64,000 nt of DNA from Paraspadella gotoi (taxonomy: Eukaryota; Animalia; Chaetognatha). The DNA is taken from positions 16,222,532-16,286,531 of the forward strand of contig CM119263.1 in assembly GCA_051294375.1 (NCBI GenBank). Reading direction: 5' to 3'. Positions within the stretch are counted from its first letter, which is position 1; the number at the start of each line of letters is the position of its first letter. Shown here piece after piece: positions 56,601 to 64,000 of the stretch. The position numbers and the translations under genes are program-made. The notes under the pieces were generated by a model that had not been told where the DNA came from, searched no databases, and saw only the letters and a list, made by a program, of their open reading frames with translations.

Positions 56601-57411
56601 AGAATCTGTTCCCACCAAACTACCCAATCGAATTTAATGAAATTTTACATTTAGAGTGCTAATGACTATATAAATGGAACTATCGAGGCGAATTTTGATA
56701 TTCAACCCCGACAAGAGATACAGGGTCCTGGGTGTGGACCCCTGGGGGGCCAAAAAATGCTAAAATTTTTTTTTTATTTTTCAAATTTTTTTAGTAGCAT
56801 CAGGTGCATTGACGTTTTAAACATAAGAAAAAAATATTTTAGAACTAAAATTGATAAATTTGCAATGGTTGAAGATGCATGGTTCATCGTGTTACTTCCA
56901 ATTTTCCCAAATTATTCCAAATCTGACTTTAACTGCTGATGTTCATGAAGCTAAAAATTATGGTAAATGAATATTTTTGAGGTAATAAATACGTTTTTGT
57001 GGAAGAGTAAACATCTGTGCAACTGTTTAAAACAAAAATAATAAAAAAATTTTTTGATATTTGTGGCCTTCACGGGCTGCCCCCTCAGGGCCCCCCCCCT
57101 CAGGGCCCCTTATCTCAGCTTAGGGGTGGAATGTAAAAATTCGCCTCGATAGTTCCATTTGTATCACTACTGGTACTCCGCATGCAAAATTTCATTATAT
57201 TCTATTCAGTAGTTTTCTCGGAACGTGTTCTGGTCACAAAAAAGGGGTACCACATTTTATAATATGAAGCCTTCTGTATATCTAATAAAGTTAGTGTTTT
57301 TAAAGTGGTTTGTTTTTTTTTTTTTTTGTTTTTTTCAGGATGACGGGCAGCGTGTACCATATTCGCGGCTTAGAAGGGATGCCTGATGTGGACCCTAAAA
57401 AGAAATGCTGA
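53638..57411 (+). CDS. NDUFA1: NADH:ubiquinone oxidoreductase subunit A1 (MWFE)
   Basis: Exons 53638-53813 and 57339-57411: MWFEILP..(TM)...MRDLRMTGSVYHIRGLE, matching the MWFE start and the RDxRxxG..Y...GLE C-terminal motif. Confidence 0.9.
54274..56139. mobile_element. Large fold-back hAT-type element with very long inverted arms and a telomere-like core
   Basis: Termini TAGAGCTCCC / GGGAGGTCTA; 8-bp TSD CCACTTAT at 54266-54273 and 56140-56147; arms ~54274-54960 and ~55585-56139 are inverted copies; the centre is rich in degenerate GGGTTA/TAACCC. Confidence 0.85.
56556..57276. mobile_element. Tc1/mariner-type MITE (second copy, inserted in a TA run)
   Basis: Same TIR as 43114-43845, TA flanks, body in opposite orientation. 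Confidence 0.88.
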
Positions 57412-57510
57412 ACGTTTAACGTCATTCATGAGGAATAATAGACACTTAAAAAATGTTTTGTGTCCAATGTACAGATTTATATTTATGATTTTCTGACGAG
57501 TGATCATGAT

Positions 57511-58682
57511 TAGGGTTACGATAACCGTTAGCAGTTAACGGTTATTAACGGTTAAAAATAATTTTAACCTAATCGTTAATATATTTATTTTGATTTAAAC
57601 GGTTAAATTCGGTTAATTTTCAAATATGATTTTTTAAATTTTCTGGTATAAAATCTTTGATTTTTTAAAAAAAATATTTTTTTCCTGTCCTCTCTTATTC
57701 TCCTCTCCTTTTATCACCATATTTTTTCACTTCTCTTCTCCATTTTTTCCCTTTTTTTCTTTTGTTATTTTCAACCTTTTTAATCTTTTTTCTATCTTAA
57801 TCTCTCTCTTAATCTTTCTTCCCCTCACTTTATCTCTTTCTGTACCTTTCTTTTTCTTTGTCTCTTTCCCTCTCCTTCTTTCTTCCTTTCTTTTCTCTCC
57901 TTTTTTCCCCTTTTCTTATACCTTTCCTTTTTTTTCTGCCCTTCCAGTGTTTTTTTTTCTTACTTATTTTCTACCAATTTTTTTTCGTTTTTCCTTTTAA
58001 CTAATTTTATGCATTTACATCAAAGAATATTTTAAAATATAATACATATGCACATGAAAATATTTTCATACGTTTTCTTGTAAATTAAATTTTTATATGA
58101 AATAATGTATCCTATTTTGCTAATTTTTATTGTACTTTTTAAAACAAACAAAGAAGCAAATGAAATAAAACCGAAATGAATGAAAAAATTAATAAAAACT
58201 GAAAAAATATCTAATATTCAATAAATATTTTGATCAATCGATCAATCAAGAAATTAATATTCATAATTTATATTTGTGGTTATGGTTTATGAAAAAATTA
58301 AAACAAAACAAGCGTTCAAGAAATTAAAATCTAGAAAAATAATGAAGAGAAATAATGAAAGAAAAAGAGAAAGAGAAAACAAAATATAGAATTAGAATTA
58401 CATTGTAGTTTTTTTTCTTTCTTTTTGAAAGAAAAAGTTTTGTATGCAAGATTTATTACGATGCATTATCTGATTAGCTAAATTATTAAGGTAGATAAAG
58501 AAGATTCAGAATCAAGAGTTAAAAATAAAATACCATTAACTACTTTAATTTGATTTAAATAATAATATTTTAAATTTAAAGTAAAATTTTAAAATTAACC
58601 GATTTTAATGGTTAACCGTTAAAAATGTTAGTTTTAACGGTTAAGCGAAGTTCCTCAAAAATTAACGGTTAACGGAACCCTA
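57511..58682. mobile_element. Non-autonomous hAT-type element
   Basis: TIR TAGGGTTACG / CGGAACCCTA; subterminal TTAACGGTTAA/TTAACCG repeats; 8-bp TSD ATCATGAT / TTCATGAT (1 mismatch). Confidence 0.78.
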
Positions 58683-59559
58683 TTCATGATTTATTTGGTT
58701 TTAGAAAAAATGTAGAAATGTGACAGTTTACATAAATGAAAAAAATGGTACTCCTTTAAATATTTTATCTGAAAACACCATGTGAAGAAGAAGCACTCCC
58801 GCCGTGATCGTAAGCTTATGAAATTTAGGAGAAAAATTTTATTACGGTAATTAAAATCCTAGGGGGTTGAAAGAGATTTCTTGTTTTATACCAATCAAAG
58901 CAAAAATGATTAAGCTTTTTTAATATTTTCATTTAAAAAATGCACTGATTGCGAAACCTTTGAAAACCTATGTAGTTTTTAAAATATTTGTGAAAAAATA
59001 AATATTCTTAATGATTTTAAAAAGGATAATGACATCAGAAGTCATGCAGAATCGATGTTTGTTGTAATCAATCAACCAAACAGAATGAAGTTTAATTTCG
59101 AAACGTTTTCAGGAAAAATGTTAAGAATGAAACAAATTTATCTTATGAAATTTACATTTAATATATAAGGTCGCCCATTACAAATTCTACTATCTGTAGT
59201 CTGGTATTTTTCAATTTTCGCATACGCCCATACATTTCGAATTCCTCATGAAAAGTTGTTAAAAGGAAATATAACTCTTTTTAGAAAATTATTTTATTAA
59301 TTGTGTCGAAATCCTAAAAAACTGTTATAGTTAACTTATAATTTAATTTTAGTATAAACAAGTTTGAGCAAACAATGTCGGAACTGCCTACGATAATTAA
59401 GCGGCAATAAGCTAATCCGATGATAAATCATGGTAATTTTTCTGACTCTCAATTTGTGATTATAACAAATCATAACAGACTTATTAATAAATCTATAAAA
59501 AATCTATAAATCAATTGATCTATCAATCATTACCAGTAGCTGTGGCAATCCCAACTTGC

Positions 59560-59737
59560 ATAATTTGGTCAACTTTCATAATTTAATCAACTTGCATAAT
59601 TAAATCAACTGGCATTATTTGGTCATCTGACATAATTTGGTCAACAGGCATACTTTGGTCAATTGGTATAATATGGTCAACTGATGTAATTTGGTCAAGT
59701 GACGTAATTTGGTCAACTGGCATAATTCGGTCAACTG
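59560..59737 (+). repeat. 18-bp tandem minisatellite (ATAATTTGGTCAACTGGC-like) within Helentron-derived fragments
   Basis: About 9-10 degenerate units; lies between two oppositely oriented family A 3' ends (59356 and 60238). Confidence 0.8.
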
Positions 59738-60534
59738 TCTGTTCGTCCGTCCGTCCCACCTTAGCACAAAACCCCAATTACTCGTGATTTGATGGATGGA
59801 TTTGAATAAAATTTTGTGTGTGGGTAGGGAAGTGTGTGATTGAGCTGGATATTAAGTTTCGATGGAATCGTTTGAGTGGAAATGAGTTTAAATGGAAAAA
59901 AACAAAAAACTTGTTTCACAATTGATTATGCTTCTTTTTCCTTTTATATTAAATGTAAATGCAGGATGTATTAATAAATCAAATAATTAATTAGTTAATT
60001 AATCAAATAGTCAATTAATAAATCAATAATTAATTAATCAATCAATCAATCAAAACAAACATTTCGGATCAAATTAATTAATTGCCTAATTAATTAATTG
60101 CCTAATTAATTAAATAATTAATTTGAATAAATTAATTATTAATTAAATAATTAACTTGAATTAATTATTAAGTAATTATTAAATAATTAATTACCGATAA
60201 TGATCGTGGGCAGATCTGACATTGTTTGCTCAAACTTTCAAAACTAAGAAAACATAATTTTAAAATTTTAACATTTTCTATGGTAAGTACTATGTATAAA
60301 TATGGGCGTATGCGAAAATTAAGCAATTTTAAAATAAGTTTTTTATATATCAATGTTCTTTAGTCCTAGACAGTTCATGATAAACTATTCGAATTTTGAT
60401 CTGCAACTTTCACTACGCCTTACTGTATATATTAGCATTTAAATTTCATCGGCTATGGCTACTTGAGACTACGTTTTACTATTTGATATTCTTTACTCAA
60501 TACTCATACTCATAGGCACAAAACCACCAAGACT

Positions 60535-62748
60535 ATGTTTAATCCTGTGGAGTCGTCGGGTGATCGACAGCAACAGTTCCTTGAGCGCGCCAAATCTGCG
60601 AGACGAGGTCGCGAGGAGAAGAAATGTCATGAGGCCGCCGCTATGGTCATTCAAGCTGGCGCTAGGGGGTTCCTTGCTCGGACTAGGCTGAAAAAAAACA
60701 TCAGGAAGGTAAAACGGAGAAAGCCAAAGTGCTTGAAAACATTTGCAACAATTCGCCGATTTTCAGTTCCCTTTTTTTCCATTTTACGCACTGAGTGAAG
60801 ATAAAAAGAATTAACTCAAAGCGTACTGTATTTACTAATTCTCCAGGACTTTGATGACTTTTTTGGCGTGGAGTCTGACGAGGCAGTTTCGGTCAAAGCA
60901 GAGAACTTGAAACCCTCACTGCAGGTCTATCATATGATCAAAAGGCTTAACTTTCTGTTTCACGAAAAAGAGGACGCAGAAAGATTCGACATACTATGCA
61001 AGTATATCTTAACAAGGTAAGATCATCCTCTTGCATATAATATTTCCATTAAGAAACCTTTTTTTTTGTTAAACATTTTTGCAAGTCGACTGTCGAGTGT
61101 CGAGTCAACATAAAAAAAGAATCTGTTTGAAAAACAAATCACAGCATGTCATCCCGAGACCCGAAGGTCTCTTACGTTGGGGTGGCTTACTACTCGCAAC
61201 ACGTAGTAGATTTCGTGTTGCAGCTGCAATGTATCGTCGGTAGATGTGCTTCGCGACTCCGGGATTTAAGGCCAGAGCACGTCGTCGAGGGGAAGAGAAT
61301 CACTCGATGTCTCCTTGTCCTCATAACTTTTACCTCCACTGGTGAGTAGTAGGTTGTGACTGACTCAGAATCAAATATGGCGATTCCCAAGATCTAACTT
61401 TTCCTTTTGTGAATGTGATGTGATGCTATATATTGGTCATGGGAATATTTACGAGAAGAGTGGCGTGTAAAAATGAAAAAAAGGATTTTGGTATTGAAAT
61501 TATAACTTTTTTAATTGTATGATCCTTTTATTTACCTTTTAGACATGTGGCTAATTTTTCCTAAAAGTGGCGGTGATGCCCTTCGGTCCAACATGAACCA
61601 ACTCTGCCAATCAATTCTTGAACATCTCAACAAGAACAGCTTCTTCCCCACTCTTCAGACCCTGTTAAACCGTGGCTTGGCCCGCGCCCGACCAGCCTTT
61701 AAGAAGACCCAGTTAACGGCGGTTGTAACCCTTGCGCTGCGCATGCTGCAGGTGAGACTTCAAATAGATAACAAACGGGGAGTCAAGAAACGAAGCTGCC
61801 TTTCCAAATGTCTGCACGCGTCGTGATACTCACTCCCGAAATTAAAACGCGGTGATGCCGACGAAGTTGTAGGAGACTTTAAAACTCTCGTGTGATTTCA
61901 CCTAACAGATGTTATTCATTTTCTTGAGTGATAATTATTTTTATGGTTTTCTGAATTAACCTCACCTTCTACCTTTGATCTGTGAACAGATGACTCACAA
62001 CCGTGACAACATATTCACGATGTTCCTGCTTCATGTCATGTCCGTCCCTTCTCTCGTGCATCACATAGAAACCATAGCGCCGGACGCATTGAAGACTCTT
62101 CTCGCTACGGGGAACTTCACAAAATCCCTTGATTTGCTCACTAATGATCAGGCAATTTTCAAAGAAGAGCAAGTATTCTAATGATTAATTTATAAATACA
62201 ATTATACATGATTGAGTTTTCCTTTGGATGTTCATGAAAGTTAAAACACTTTTTTTATATCGTCGCAATCGCTTTGCGTTTGCGACAATATTGCTGTGGT
62301 TTTGCACATAAGTGGCGTTGTCGTTTATATACAGCTTCTCATCATCGATGTGCTTAAAATTGAGTCTGGACAGTTATTAAATATGTTTTTTTTACGTTTT
62401 ATCAAAACAAACAAATTTTTTTTCTTTTATTTTTATATTTCTTTCTCTCTCTCTTTTCTCTTTTAATTACATGTCTCTCTCCCTCTCTCTTTTCCCTATT
62501 CACTGATTCATATCATAGACAACTTTAGGGAAAAGGAAAAAGGAGTCTGCAGCTGGCTCTGCAGGGGCTTATTCTTTTTCTCTCTTTTCTCCTGCTGCTG
62601 CCTTTTGATTTTTTTCTCTGCAGCTGGTTCTGCAGGGCTCTTTCTTTTTCTCTCTTTTCTCTTGCTGCTTCTGCTGCTGCTTTTTATTTTTTTTTTTCTG
62701 GGTGCCTCTGCTGCTGCCGCTGCTGATTCGTCTGAAAACGATTTGGCT

Positions 62749-62845
<97 letters not shown>

Positions 62846-64000
62846 ATCGCCATTTATTCCAAATTTACATCCGAGATTTTCGTGGATTTTTTTCCCTAAA
62901 TATTCTAAATATCAATCGGAATAATATTTTTTTCAATATATATTTATTTTATTATTTTATTTTACTTTACTTCATTTTACTTCACTTTAGTCTTTACTTC
63001 ACTTCGTCAGTCTGATTCAAGTTTTACTTCGTCTTTTGTCTGGTAATGTGACAGTGTTTAGAGAGGTCGCATTCGATCAAACTGCTAAAAGTAAAACAAA
63101 AGTACCTTCAATAATGTCTATCCAGACTTAGCACTTGCTAAAAATTAAACTTGAAAAGAAGTTATTTTACTGTTTTATATTTATTATTCTTTTTTTTTTC
63201 TTTTTCTTTCTGTTTATAAACTAATTTTCTTTTCTCAAATTTGATTTTTTTAATATCAAAATTTGTCATCAATCCAGATTTTTCTTATGCGATTGCGACG
63301 ATCCTTATGCTTTTAAGATTTTTTTGCTCTACTTCAGAACACCCGCATCGTGTTTAACTCTTTAGAAGGCAACTACGCCCTCTGCCTCTTGGCCAACTTA
63401 GTGCATTTGGCGGACTTAGACAAGCCTGCCCTCCGTTTGCACCGAACGGCCTTCACGAATGTTGTTACCAAACTTCTTGAATCCTGCCGTAAATATGTAC
63501 TCCTAAAAAAGTCAAACCTGACTCATTGGCACCCTGTGTTGGGTTATTTTGCACAGTCAACTGATTCCGGCCTCCACGAGGTCATGCCATTTGTCAAACT
63601 CCAGCTGCAGCGTTTGTGGAGCCTGCCGATGATTAAAACTCTTTTCGAGCCTTTGTTTCAAAAGAGATCAGCAGTTGAGAAAAAAGAAAGGGTAAATGGC
63701 GCGGCTGCGGGCGGTAGCGCCATCGAAGGTTCATCAACCGAGCTTCCGCCGCCGCCCTCGTATCATCGCTTGTCGCCTCCTGGGGCGCGAGCCAAGGAAA
63801 CCAAAAATATCTTGAAAAAAGCCCTAGAGAAAGTCGAGGGGAAAGCCTCTTCTATTCGCGGTGGGTCAATATTGACTGGACAGCGAGGCGGCATTGCTCC
63901 AGACAAACTTGAATCCCCGGAATTGTATTCTCTGTGCGCTATTTGCGGCTTGTACCAGATGGCGCTGCTCACTTTGACTCAGATGCGCCTCGACATTCTT
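60535..64000 (+). CDS. UBE3B: HECT E3 ubiquitin ligase UBE3B, N-terminal part; continues beyond the window
   Basis: Exons 60535-60708, 60847-61016, 61145-61341, 61543-61751, 61990-62172, 63338->64000. FLERAK.AR..R, IQ motif AAMVIQAGARGFLAR, HVMSVPSLV, LEGNYALCLLANLVHL, KKSNLTHWHPVLGYF. Confidence 0.92.
62258..63326 (+). mobile_element. Helentron-derived element, family C, containing a (TC)n tract
   Basis: Subterminal inverted repeat ATCGTCGCAATCGC (62259) / GCGATTGCGACGAT (~63289), 5' hairpin, 3' AAGATTTTTT; (TC)n at ~62748-62839; a related 5' end lies at ~56400. Confidence 0.6.

Noticed and set aside
62569-63015. ORFs with RE/SL dipeptide runs
   Set aside because: Translations of the (TC)n microsatellite in a UBE3B intron.

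Overview
Gene-dense, intron-containing animal (metazoan) genomic DNA. Sixteen protein-coding genes can be reconstructed exon by exon, and all lie on the + strand: KDM2, DDX28, COX6C, MYG1, DDX23, CHMP5, a TspanC8 tetraspanin, TPR, LSM6, an RBPMS/couch-potato RRM gene, RBM8A, ALKBH4, UBIAD1, a C2H2 zinc-finger gene, NDUFA1 and UBE3B. Many stop-to-ATG gaps are only 116-262 bp, poly(A) signals sometimes overlap the stop codon, and pyrimidine-AG acceptors sit just before many ATGs. This suggests polycistronic, trans-spliced (operon-like) organisation. Long introns and the longer spacers are filled with mobile DNA. There is a Penelope-like insertion with hammerhead ribozymes, a second hammerhead at the 3' end of the zinc-finger ORF, and a small DIRS-type element (ITRs plus internal complementary region) that appears to encode one spliced protein with a methyltransferase-like domain but no RT or recombinase. 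Also present are hAT-type and Tc1/mariner-type non-autonomous elements, Helentron-derived (HINE/DINE-1-like) elements and SINEs. Gene names come from recognising motifs by eye; no database search was run, and exon boundaries are inferred from splice signals and frame continuity.
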